Shown here piece after piece: positions 1-11,899 of a DNA stretch of 64,000 nucleotides. The translations under genes and the position numbers were made by a program. The notes under the pieces are model-generated. The model saw nothing but the letters and a program-made list of their open reading frames with translations. It ran no database searches and had not been told where the DNA came from. Source of the DNA: Felis catus. Its lineage: Eukaryota. How positions within the stretch are numbered: position 1 is the stretch's first letter; each line of letters starts with the position of its first letter. Where the stretch lies: assembly GCF_018350175.1 (NCBI RefSeq), contig NC_058368.1, positions 95,544,001-95,608,000 on the forward strand, given 5' to 3'.

Positions 1-37
1 TTTCCCAAGAACCTGTCCCTTCTGCAGATTTTAACTT

Positions 38-409
38 TTCTTTTTTTCTTTTCTTTTCTTTTCCTTTCTTTTCCTTTCCTTTCCTTTCTTTTCTTTACCT
101 TTCTTTCCTTTTCTTTTCCTGAAATTTATTGTCAAGTTGGTTTCCATACAACACCCAGTGCTCATCCCAAAAGGTGCCCTCCTCAATACCCATCACCTGC
201 CTGCCCCTCCCTCCCACCCCCCATCAACCCTCAGTTTATTCTCAGTTTTTAAGAGTCTCTTATGGCTTCGCTCCCTCCCTCTCTAACTTTTTTCCCCCCT
301 TCCCCTCCCCCATGGTCTTCTGTTAAGTTTCTCAGGAGCCACATAAGAGTGAAAACATATGGTATCTGTGACCCACAAAAGCATGGCCAACTAATCTTTG
401 ACAAAGCAG
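38..409 (-). mobile_element. 5'-truncated, 5'-inverted feline LINE-1 (L1_Fc-like): 3'UTR and ORF2 end on the - strand (38-369) plus a 40-bp inverted ORF2 piece (370-409)
   Basis: Feline L1 3'UTR in antisense (tttccatacaacacccagtgctcatccca...gaaaacatatggtatctgt). Tail decayed to (TTTTC/TTTCC)n at 38-120. TSD gcagattttaactt at 24-37 and 406-419. 370-409 reads DPQKHGQLIFDKA on +, an L1 ORF2 motif. Confidence 0.9.
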
Positions 410-1364
410 ATTTTAACTTCTTGATGAATGATGCCGCTGTTCACCGAATTGCTGAGGCCCCAAACAGGATTTGCCTTGGTTTCTTCTGTTTCTCTCACCC
501 ACCTATTCAATCAGTTAATAAGCAAATGGTGAGCGTTCTACCTGCCAGATTCAGTCTAAATCTGATAGCGTCTCCTCTCCTACATGGCTGTGAATCACAT
601 CTCATCCAAGTCACATTTCCCGTGTACTAGTCACCCACTGTTGACCGTGCTGGTCAGCTATTACTACAACAAGGCTATGGCAACGCACCATTACCTATGC
701 TCAGCTGGTATAGCAAAGATTTCTTCTTATGTCTACAGGTGGGCAGGTCAGCCTTTAGAACCTGTCAGTTCTGGTGGGTAATTGACAAGCACAGGGTACA
801 TTTCTTTCATTTTTGCCAGTGGTAACTGATCTCCTGAGTGTCCCTGAATCTCTGTTGTTCAGACCTTCGGTTTGTTTGGGTGTGCTCTTTCCCATCCCTT
901 TGTGGAAATTAGTTAAGACATGGCTGTGCATACTGTAAAATGAACGTTAGGCTTGGTGTGTGACCTAGCGCAAGAGGCACCCAGATAGCCGTGAGGTGAC
1001 AGGCTGTGTGCCTGGAAGGTGAGTCCCTTCTGCTGCTGCATGAGGGGGGAGCCTGAAGCTCCTGGGACCTCTCTTGTGGGGATTTTAAGATAAAGCTGAG
1101 GCTGGGAGGCAGGAGGAAGAGACAGAAAGAGCAGATTTCCGATGATAACATTTGTCCAAAACTTGCCTGAAACCAGCATTACTCCAGGAATCGGTGCTTA
1201 CAGGAGCCATATATGTATTAATTATTTAAGCCTGTGGGCACTGGTGTTGTCTCCAAAGGGGAAGAAGTTCTGACTCATGGGAGACCTTGGGTCCCAGCAC
1301 CATCTCCCCTGGATGGTGTGCCCTCTTTTTCCAGAGGTAAAGACACTTAAGAGCACAAGGGAAA

Positions 1365-1520
1365 CAAATACTCATGAAGTGCCTGGTGCCTTAGGAGCAT
1401 TCCACAGATCCTCTCATTGAATCCTGAAGCAATCCTCATGGGTAAGGATTGGGCAGGGGAAGTCGAGGTTGACGGCCATGGGGAGAGTCCCCAAACTTGA
1501 CTCTCATTCTGCTTCGATAC
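1365..1520 (-). mobile_element. Degraded MIR-like SINE
   Basis: ctcattgaatcctgaagcaatcctcatgggtaaggatt resembles the antisense MIR core. Confidence 0.4.
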
Positions 1521-2380
1521 AGGGTGGCCTGACGCGGGAAGCCATGTGCAAGGGCACCGGTGTCATTTGTGATGCAGTTGTGTTTCTAGCCTTTGACTCA
1601 TCATGCCTCCTGCTCTCCTCCTTTTTATCCCCACACAACCAATTGGTTTCTCACCTGAACACATCTAAATGTATTTGTTAAATGTATTATTACGGGTCCT
1701 TGTGGCCATTCTGACAGGAGTGTAGACAGACTGCTTGATACTTAATGTTTAAGCATAAAGGTATCCACATTCTGGATGAAGGTGGAGGAGGAAAGGAAAC
1801 ATACTTTTAACAGCTCTGATCAATAAGACATTTGCCCAAATGAGGAGATTGATTTTATTTATACCTGCCGCAATGGGCCCTGGGCACCTCCCCTCCTCCC
1901 AGCGCATGCTGTTCAGAACATTGACAATGACAAGGCTGCTGACGATCAATGAGAACAGAAGCCACATTTAGCCATGGTTGGCTGCATCTGGAGATTTAGC
2001 TATTTGTGATTAAATGAATTAAAGGCAAAACGGCTGAATTTTCCCAGCCAATTCAACTCTCCTTAAAGAGCATTTCTGATCAGGTTAGAAGGTTTCTTGT
2101 TAACTCTCATGTGCTGAAAAGAGGTCTTCAAAGGATTGATTCCCTAAAGGGAGAGGAGGTTGAGGCTGAGACAGGAGCTGACTTGGGGGTGGGGGTTGGG
2201 GGGTGGGGATCTCACTGCACCACATTCCGTTGTCTTATGGTCCCAGATTGTGAGTTCCAGGCCAGACTCTGGACTCTACCGGTGACTTTGACAAGACCCC
2301 CATCCCCATGACAGCTAAGCAGCCTTCCAGAATTTTGATGGTGAAGTCCATCTGTGGGTGCCTTATGACTTTTTTTGAAT

Positions 2381-2407
2381 TGTGTGTGTGTGTGTGTGTG
2401 TGTGTGT
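2381..2407. repeat. (TG)n microsatellite
   Basis: Pure TG run. Confidence 0.95.
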
Positions 2408-3338
2408 TTTGCTGTTTTCTGCAGTTCACAAATCATAGCCTCAAGCCTAACTTTCTCATCTTCTATTGTTACTGCTTAAAAATCTATGCTTGATCTCAGC
2501 TGTGACTGTTAACTCCAACAACTTAGGCAGTTTTGATTAACATTTGGTAAATGTAGACCCTTAGAAACCCTGAGTTTCCATCTGACTGTTTGCAAGTCTG
2601 TCTGTCCTCGGTCTCTCCCCTGTTCCCCTCCATCCCTGAAAGTGCCAGCAAAGCCAAAGAGGTCCCATGTCCTATATCAACTAGGAATAAAAGTGGGTGG
2701 CCACCTGGAGCCCTGGGTTAAGGGTTGAAGCCAGGCTGTGTCTCAGTTGAATTAGAAAGAATTCTGTAGTCAAGTAGGTACCGTTGGTGCCACACAGAAG
2801 GAGGGATGTCCTCACCTTTTCTAAGTGTCTGAAATGGGGTAGTAGAGGCTGTGCATTGGTGTTAGGTGAGGACAAAGAAGTACTTTTCATTCTCAGGCAG
2901 TCTTGGGCCTCCCAAGCTGCACCTGTCACATTGGCAAGATGGCTGTGAAGGCCATCAAGCTGCGAGTGGCTTCCAGGGTCTTGTATGAAACAGTATGAGA
3001 CTCAAGCTGAAGAAGTTGAAGAAGGTATTAGAACCTTGTTTCTCGAGTTTCATCTGGGTGAACCTACCTGTCTGCCTGCCCTCAGAGAGCTGAAGTAACT
3101 TGGCGATGCTCAGTAAAGCAATTTTTACATGGATTTTCCTGTGGAAAATAATCATAATCTTTGGCTAAGCTTATCAGAATTCATTTTTCCCAGGATCATA
3201 AACTGTGCATAGTCTCTAACCATAATTAGTGCTTTTACGAGGGCTATATTTCTGGCATGCCAAATCACCTTGAACACTTGGACCACGAGTTATCAGATAA
3301 ACTCTTGTCCAGCTTCCCATAAAAACACAACATAAGAT

Positions 3339-3570
3339 GGGGCGCCTGGGTGGCACAGTCGGTTGAGCATCCGACTTCAGCCAGGTCACGATCTCGCGGT
3401 CCGTGAGTTCGAGCCCCACGTCGGGCTCTGGGCTGATGGCTCGGAGCCTGGAGCCTGTTTCCGATTCTGTGTCTCCCTCTCTCTCTGCCCCTCCCCTGTT
3501 CATGCTCTGTCTCTCTCTGTCCCAAAAATAAATAAACGTTGAAAAAAAAATAAAAATAAAAAGTTAAAAA
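3339..3570 (+). mobile_element. Young feline CAN-SINE (SINEC_Fc-type)
   Basis: ggggcgcctgggtggc start, A/B-box tRNA-like head, (CT)n, AATAAA, A tail. Many CpGs retained. Perfect 18-bp TSD aaaaacacaacataagat at 3321-3338 and 3571-3588. Confidence 0.97.
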
Positions 3571-4285
3571 AAAAACACAACATAAGATCCTAGTCTTAGA
3601 AAAATAGGGCTTTGCCAAAATAGGCCCCTCCCCCAACTCTTCTATTTATTAGCAACATAACCATCACTGTCATGTTTCACATCTTTTATCAAATAATTTG
3701 TCACCTCTTGTTCACACCTATTAATCTGAATTTCAGTAGCATATACCAAGTTGTTCAATATTATATCATGTTCACCTCCTATTTTTATTTTGAGGTTGTT
3801 TTCAGTTGTCTCTATCAAGAGAGTGATGGAACTTGGGTTTTCTATTGATATTTACACTCTTGCAACAATTACCAGAATAGAACAAAATGGATGAAGATAC
3901 CTAAAAATATTAATATGAATAGTACTGTTTTTATCAAACGATGGCTTCCTTTGCTAGTCTAGCAATAAGAGACTAAGTAATAGGTCTGGCAAAAGAGAGC
4001 TCAGTATCTAATTCTTAGACTTCGTTTCACTTGATGAAAACTCTTACAGATTCCTTCTCTGAGTTGGTCAAATGCTGCCTTGCATTGCTGAAACTCAAAG
4101 ATTCATGTGGGTTTAGTTTTCTCTTACATGGTCAAGTCAGCCAGAGGAAGAATTTACAAAGTCAGTGAAGAACGTGGTAGGGAGAGTGAGCCTATTAAAC
4201 ATAACTTCATAGTAGAAGTGTCTCAGTTGTATTTCACGTGTTTAAGTCATTTAAACCCAATCTGTATAAAGAACTCTTTAAAAAG

Positions 4286-4491
4286 ATTTTTAAAAAAAAT
4301 TTTGTTCATTTTTGAGGGAGAGAGGAGGCAGGGGAAGGGCAGAGAGAGAGGGAGACACAGAATCCAAAGCAGGCTCCAGGCTCTGTGCTGTCAGCACAGA
4401 GCCCGACATGGGGCTTGAACTCAAGATCTTACCGTGAGATCATGACCGGAGCCGAAGTTATGCTTAACCAACCCAGCCAGACTGACACCCC
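4286..4491 (-). mobile_element. CAN-SINE (feline)
   Basis: Antisense body gagggagacacagaatccaaagcaggctccaggctct...acacccc. Confidence 0.93.
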
Positions 4492-6363
4492 TAAACCCTT
4501 CAATAGCACCTTTTTGGAACGTATAATAAAACTCATTTGAGAAAGATCGACTTCGGGTATAAATGATGCCTTGATGTCGACATCACAAAAAGTTTCTTAT
4601 GCCCCCCCAAAGTGCTGCTAACTAAATTTATGGAAGTAGCTTCTCATTTAAGAGGACATATTTTATGTTATTTTATGTATATTGTAGCCTTCTTATGAGT
4701 AAAACCTGAGATGTATGTCATAATGTATTCTACAGAAACAGAAAAAGCGAAAGCTTAACTTGCAGAAAAACAGTCCAGAATCTTCAAGTAACCCTGAAGG
4801 AATTGCTGAGTACGGCTCACAGTCTTCGAAAAGCAGAAATTGGTGTCACCGTTGCACACCCAACCTCTCTCATCTGAATTTGATGTCAGATGGAAGGGAG
4901 ATCATTTTCTTTATGGTTTGAATTAGGCCAACGATTTGTAATGCCTTGCATCTGGTCCTCTCAATAAAAATGGACCAAAAAATGTTTTGAATTCCATTGT
5001 AAATTAAACTAAAAATTGTGTTATTCCAGATGTTGGTCTCCTGACTGGGAACTGTTTTCTGGGCAAGAATGCTAATTCCTGAAATGTCAGTCTTCAGGTT
5101 CTTGGTGCTGTCGGTACTGTTGCTTTACCTTCCCTTACATTTGGGATGAAAATACACAGTCTTATAAGTGGAATGTTATATAGCCATTAGGGAATGGCCA
5201 GAATTAACTGATCAAGGTGTTTCAACTTAAACCAGGGGTTCATTACTTTGGTTATGAAAACTGTTCTATTCTTCTGGGGTCTTCTATTAAAAGATAAATA
5301 TTCAGGGAGAGTTAAGATGATACGCCCAAACTCAACGTGAAAAGGGTGAGGTGGATTATTTGACCCTGGATTAAGCTGTCAAGGAGCTGGAGGCTGTGGG
5401 AGGGGCATGGGGCAGAGCCTGTGAGAAGAGATTCGGACTTGCCAGGAATACTCAGGTAAGAGGAAGAGAGTTCTTAAGCTTGCCTGATTACTAGAACTAC
5501 CTGGAGAAATTTAGTTGACAAAATTATTTTTTCTTGTTCAGAAAAGAGGAACAAAAGATCGTCTTTCTACTAATAATTTTTTTTAAAACTGGAAAAATGT
5601 CAAGGCACTCATTAAATCTGTAAAGGAAAGCTAGGCAGAAAGACATAGATATTGCCATGAGAAGAAAAAGAATGACTACCCTTGTGTTCTCATCCTCGAG
5701 TCTCTGCGTTTAAAATGTAAATGACAAGTATTTTCCATTCTATAAACTGAGATGAATTATTATCCAAGAAAGGCCATGGATGCACTTGGTAAGATCTCTT
5801 CGTGAGCATTGAAGAAATGTGACGATGGCTTTTAGGTAATTGTCGAATAGAATGTAGCCGTGGATGAAGAAAGTATTGCTTTCAGTAGACAAGATATCAC
5901 AACAAAATATCCCTCTCTCAAATTCTTTTTTTTTTTTTTTTTTTTAGTTAGACAATAAGACATGGGCTTAGATAATTAAGCAATGATTTGCTTTTCTTTT
6001 TTGTGTTTCTGACAAGCAAATATATGGTAAAAATGTTGATCTTGGTAAGTCTTCTTAACACTAGTAGGTAATAATTTACCTAGGAAATTATATATCACAG
6101 TTGTCGGATAATCATTTTTACACGGGAAAACTTAGAAACAGCTCAAGTCTATTTGTGTGTTGAAAATTGGAAAAATTCCCCCCAAGTCTTTGTTACATTT
6201 AGCATATTGAGTGATGTGAAGATTAACTGGAAGGAAAAATCCAGAACTGAATAATTTGTGTTCTTTATCTTCATAGCAATTCAGGAGCAGCCAGAATGGT
6301 GGATCTCAAAGCGTTGGTTATGTTGGGGGATAAAGAATCTCGCAGGTTAGAACTGTGACTCTT

Positions 6364-6573
6364 GGGGCACCTGGGTAGCTCAGTCAGTAAGTGTCCAACT
6401 TCGGCTCAGGTCATGATCTCACGGTTCGTGAGTTCGATCCCCGCATCAGGCTCTGTGCTGACAGCTCAGAGCCTGGAGCCTGCTTTGGATTCTGTGTCTC
6501 CCTCTCTCTCTGCCCCTCCCCTGCTCACACTCTGTCTCTCTCTCAGAAATAAATAAACATTAAAAACAATTTA
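6364..6573 (+). mobile_element. CAN-SINE (feline)
   Basis: Full body with tail. TSD agaactgtgact at 6349-6360 and 6574-6585. Confidence 0.96.
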
Positions 6574-6999
6574 AGAACTGTGACTTTTTACTGTGTAGAG
6601 CATAGGTCTTGTCAAACATCCATCCTTTGTAAATTATTTACTCTTACTTTGTTTAAGGCCCACATGACCATTACTACCTGAATAGAGTCATCAGGGACAA
6701 GGACTTGATTGTCCATTTCTCCTTTTCTGGTGACTGGAAGGCATAGAAAAATTATTTCAGTGTCTTCTAGGAAGCCAAGTTCCTACCTAGTAAAGCAGTA
6801 GTTCCTTGAATGTCCTGGCGCAAGATACTCGATGATCATGTGACTGTATGAAGTGCTTTTAAGCAAAGACATAATTCTGGAGGGAATACTGCAAATAGAG
6901 TGAGGTCCTAAATGCATGTGTCACACAACTAGCTTTTACACATGTCCTGTGTGAAATGCTGCAATGTTACATTTTACAAATACGTGCTGTATTTGTCGT

Positions 7000-7280
7000 C
7001 TCCAAATCGCCTTGTACCTCAGGAAATCATACTGTTCCCACAAGGACACTAAGATGTAAAAAACAACCCAAAAACCAAAACTACACACACAAACACAAAA
7101 AAGCATAAATCCTCTCCTTTTTACAGAGAGAAACAAAGGCTTAGCAAGTGTCCAGTGACTTATCTGGGGTCATACCATTAGAAAGTTATTTGACAGTGGA
7201 AAATAAAATCAGGCCCAAAATAAGAACCGCCATATCTGGAATCTGATACTTCTGATTCATAGTCTCCTGCCGTAGCCCTG
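7000..7280 (-). mobile_element. MIR-like SINE relic
   Basis: tttacagagagaaacaaaggcttagcaagtgtccagtgacttatctggggtcatacc matches the antisense MIR core. Confidence 0.6.
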
Positions 7281-8027
7281 CTTGATCTTGTGAGCATTAT
7301 GTCTAAGCTGTCCTTATGCCAAAAGGTCAACCATATCGGAGTGGGGGGAAAAGTAGAAGGATTTACTTACATGGTGCAGAGGCTTCGCATCCTGTGACGG
7401 GAAGGGGAGGGTAGTGATCACTTAAACTTTTGAGCAAGGTGATGCACTTGAAATCTAGGTGGGAGTGGAATGGGGTATTGAGGAGGGACACGGGGTTTAA
7501 GGAAAGGATTTGGTATGTTATTTTGAGCTCTTCTGTAGCGTTTCAAAGGTTAATGTGAAAGAATCAGACTGTAGACATCTCCCAAGGTGTTGAGAGAACA
7601 CGCTTACTTACCATCTTAAGGCTTAGCCGTGGAGCTGGAGTCCTGGAGAAGCCGGATATCAAGTGAGCTTGTCCAGGAATACAGCGGAGTTGAAAGCAAA
7701 GGGGCTGTCATGGAGACTTGGTTTGAAGGAGTGTGATTCTTTAGCCAACAAAGTGCTGCAGTCAGCTGAGACGATGTGGACGTGAATCAAAGACTGCGAG
7801 TCTCCGGACAGGAGAGCCAAGGTTAGACCCCCCTTTCCCAAAGCCAGCTACCAGACCCTAACCAAGACAAGAGGACGAGGCAATACCACTAATTACCATT
7901 GTCCTGGAGAGGAGAGGAGCAAAGGACTTTGCCTGAGGGTCATAGGAAGTCTTTAGAAGTCAGACCTCACATGTGTCTGGCACTTGTGAAGATGGGGCCA
8001 AATCCATAAGATTTTCCAAATAGATTG

Positions 8028-8242
8028 GGGGTGCCTGGGTGGGTCAGTTGGTACAGCGACCAACTGCAGCTCAGGTCATGGTCTCACAGTTTGTGAGTTT
8101 GAGCCCCGCGTCTGGCTCTGTACTGACAGCCCAGAGCCTAGAGCCTGCTTTGGATTCTGTGTCTCCCCCTCCCTCTACCCCTCCCCTGCTCATGCTCTGT
8201 GTCTCTCCATCTCTCAATAATAAACAGTAAAAATTTTTTAAA
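8028..8242 (+). mobile_element. CAN-SINE (feline)
   Basis: Full body. TSD aaatagattg at 8018-8027 and 8243-8252. Confidence 0.95.
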
Positions 8243-8277
8243 AAATAGATTGAATCATATTATCTTGAAGGAGATAT

Positions 8278-8278
8278 A

Positions 8279-8333
<55 letters not shown>

Positions 8334-8342
8334 TTTTTTTTT
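8278..8342. repeat. Compound (TG)n(TA)n(T)n microsatellite
   Basis: Read directly from the sequence. Confidence 0.95.
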
Positions 8343-8435
8343 AAATGGACCAAACTGTATTTACAATTGAACAGCTCTCTGAGCTAAAAATATGCCTCTA
8401 ACCAGCCATCAGGGGCTCAGTTACAAAAAAACCTA

Positions 8436-8645
8436 TTTTTTAAAAAACGTTTATTTATCTGACAGAGGCAGAGAGAGGGTGAGTAGGGGAGGGGCAGACA
8501 GAAAGGGAGGAAAAGAATCCCAAGCAGATACCATACTGTCAGTGCGGAGCCCAATGCAGGGATCCAACTCAAGAACCATGAGATCATGACCTGAGCCGAA
8601 GTCAACAGTCAGATGCTCAACTGCCTGAGCCACCCAGGCACCGCC
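8436..8645 (-). mobile_element. CAN-SINE
   Basis: Antisense body ending ctgagccacccaggcaccgcc. Confidence 0.93.
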
Positions 8646-10895
8646 AAAAAACGACTGGAAAATTGCGGTGTGAATGAATTTTGGACCCCACTCCACTTAA
8701 ATATACAGAGAAATTGTCCTTTGAAAGTTACTTGTAATACACATGGATTTTCATTCAAAATCACTGATCCCAAATCGTACATCTTAGACTTTTATTTGGT
8801 TCAATAGCTCAAGCCTGAAAGTATTTGCAATTGCTATGGCTTTTATTTTACCGGTGTTAATGAGTGACTGGGTACAAAAATATATACACATAAGCTCAGA
8901 AAAAGTGCTTTTTATGATAGTCACTTAAATGGGAATGTTGCCATAAAGAAAGGAAGGGAAATGCAAATCTTAGCCTGAATTCCTTGAGGCAGCAAGAGTT
9001 GGAGGCCATTTGCCTAGTGAATTGCATTTTACTCACCTTTACGTGAGCTGTAGGGAGGGGAGTGGAACATTTTCCCACCCGTACTTTTGGACATCATACA
9101 AGCAGTGAGCCTTTCTAAATATCCCATGGTTATGAAAACTTGAAGAGAACCAACCATTCGCGTACTTACCTTAGTGTTGGAGTTTTTGTGGCATTTGATT
9201 CGGAGTCAAGAGCATCCGATAATTCAACACAACTTTGAGTGATGTCTCTGGGTCAGAAGTTTGATTATGTATTGTTCTCATTGTGACTGTAAGTTCTGTG
9301 ATTTGTCTCCTCCCCCCACCCCCCCACCCCCAACATTTGGAAGATTCTCATTGTTAAATATGTTAAATCTTTAATTGCCCACAGCTGGAAGTTTCTTTCG
9401 GTAATTATGAGATTCTTTTCTGCATTTATATTGTTTATCATCCTGTGTGAAATTCTGTAACAGCCCTCATTTAACTCTTCTCCAGGGCTTGAAAAATCGC
9501 CACTTTGGAGACAGGAACAAGATCCAATTAGATACTTAACGTGCTTTTGCCATTAGAGCACGTTCCTGTTTTAAAGTAGGCATGATTAAAATATTTTTGA
9601 ATCATTCTCAATTGTGGTGATATTAAAATTCCTTCTAGATAGAGGCTTCAAACTCCTGATTGGAGCCTGAAAAGTTTTTTTCTTCTAAGGAAAAGTTGTT
9701 CCATTCATTTTTAATTTTTAGAAGCAAAAAAAAAAAAAAAAGCATTATGTGCATAAATGTTGGAGAATTTCCAATCTTTTCCCATTTGAAAAGTCATAAA
9801 CTAGCTAGATTTCTTTGTAGACAGATTTATGAAATTATTACTTCATCTATTATCCTATCCAGTTTGAAATTTATTTAAAAAACAGATTTTCTGCCTTTGC
9901 CTTTGGCTTCATTTAATGTAAAGCTTTTAGCCTCAGTGAGACCCACTGAGTTGAAAATGACAGCCCTCTACAGAGATTTACTCACCATCACCACTTGGCG
10001 ATCAATGGTCTTTTGGTTGAGAGGCAAGAGTGTAATTTACATGATCAAAGTACTCAACAAACATATATTAATTTCCTCTTCCAAAAAAGAGAGGTGAGAT
10101 TTCCCTCTAAGTACGAGACCTTAGCTCAGGAGTTAATATAGACGTTTAACTTGGATCCTTGAAGCTTGGTGACGACTTCTTATCTGGGTGATGGCAAAGC
10201 AATTTCAGTAAGTGCTAACTCCAATCGTTCGATCTCCACACAGGATCTCTGGGGGGGGGGGCTTCTTCCATATTCTGTGTAATGTGCCCCCCCCCCCCCC
10301 ACCTTTTTGCTCCTATTCAAAGAACACTTGGTTCAGCACCGTGTGTTGCTGGCTGGTTGGCTGTGCCTGCATCTGGTGCGTCATGCCATGCAGTGGTGTG
10401 AAATCGAGTGAGCATTGCCCACATAGCCTCTGCCCAGGAAGGACTTGCCGCACAAAGCGTTAACTACAGGGAATCAAGAAGATTGATGTACCTCTTTCGC
10501 CCACACGCCAGAAGAGTCCATTGGTTCTCCTGTAAGAGAGATAGACCCCATGCAGAGTATTTTGCAGCAATGATAATGGCTCATACTTAGTGAGAATTTA
10601 TTGATCTGCGTCGCCTGGATCATTCTGCTTCATTCTCACCGGGTCTTTGTGTAGTTGGGGCCATTACTTAGACGCGTGAAGCCCGGGGAACAGAAAGTGG
10701 TGGTTATTGCTGTGTCCGGGTCCCTCAGCCAGTACGTGGTATGAGCAGCATGTGGATCCGAGCATTGTCCTGCAGAGCTTGGGTGCATAAGCTTCTGAGC
10801 TGTGCTTTTCCTAGGCTGAGGTACACACCACTTATCTTGATTGTTTGAAGTGTTGAATGATGGCAATGTGTGTCCTGGGCTGCCTGCAGTTACTT

Positions 10896-10899
<4 letters not shown>

Positions 10900-10956
<57 letters not shown>

Positions 10957-11155
10957 TTTTCTTTTTCTTTCTTCCTTTCTCCCTCTCCCTCCTTCCCTTC
11001 CTTCCTTCCTCTTTCCTTCCTTCTTTCTCTTTTCTTCTTTCCTTCCCTCTCTCCCTCCTTTTTCTTTCTTTCCCCTTCCTTCCTTCCTTCCTTCCTTCCT
11101 TCCTTCCTTCCTTCCTTCCTTCCTTCTTTCCTTCCTATCTTTCTACCTATCTTTC
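10900..11155. repeat. (TTTC)n/(TTCC)n polypyrimidine tract
   Basis: About 250 bp almost entirely C/T on the + strand. Confidence 0.95.
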
Positions 11156-11899
11156 ATCTCCAAGCAGGGACCATGAATACTGTATAGAGAGGAGGTAAAG
11201 GGAAAGGTCACCCCAGGACCCCTGGAGGGGGACAGGTATGGGCATCAGGTGACCACAGTGGGCAGAACTGGCCAGGAGGTAGTGGGCACAGATGTCCTCA
11301 CCTATTTGCCTGCTAGGACACATTTGTACTCTGGTAACTAATAATACAGTGGTCATTCTTTCCATCTCTCACTGTCTGTCATCCAGTAACCTGCACAGTA
11401 CGGGCACTTAATTAACATTGACTTGAATAAATGAATCATGTAGACGCACCCTGAGAAGGTATAAATAAGAATGTAAATCTACGTGCAAATTCTGGCTTAT
11501 CTAGAAGAAGTGGTTTCTGGGTAGCCTGCATGAACCTTCTTGGGGGGCTCGGTAGCTCTGATAGGAGGTGGGTGAGTCATTGGCATAAGGTGAGCTTCCT
11601 CTTGTTCTTGGGGACAATACTGAACGGAAGAGCTGTTTGTGCCTGAAAATCTGCTGGCCTGTGTTCTCTGGTTCATCTTGATAGTGGTTTAACACCTAAA
11701 TCATTTGAGGTACTGGGAGCACTGGCTATCTCTGAGTTAGTACATTTTCGATGTGAGAATTTGATATAAATTATTTTTGAGTTGGTTTTGTTTCCTTCCC
11801 TTGGTGGCAAAGTGGACATCTGCTGAGGCATAAAATACACTTTAGTCAGTGGCCTAAAAAGTGATTTAAACATACGCTTCCCTTTAAAGGAAGCTTTGA

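Noticed and set aside
3216..3636. ORFs of 95-123 aa, and similar ORFs at the other SINEs (AQVMIS...LEPASDSVSPSLS; ERGRHRI...)
   Set aside because: These are translations of CAN-SINE sequence that recur at many loci, not genes.
10841..11198. Three F/L/S/P-rich ORFs over 100 aa that look like membrane proteins
   Set aside because: They are read-through of a stop-free C/T microsatellite.
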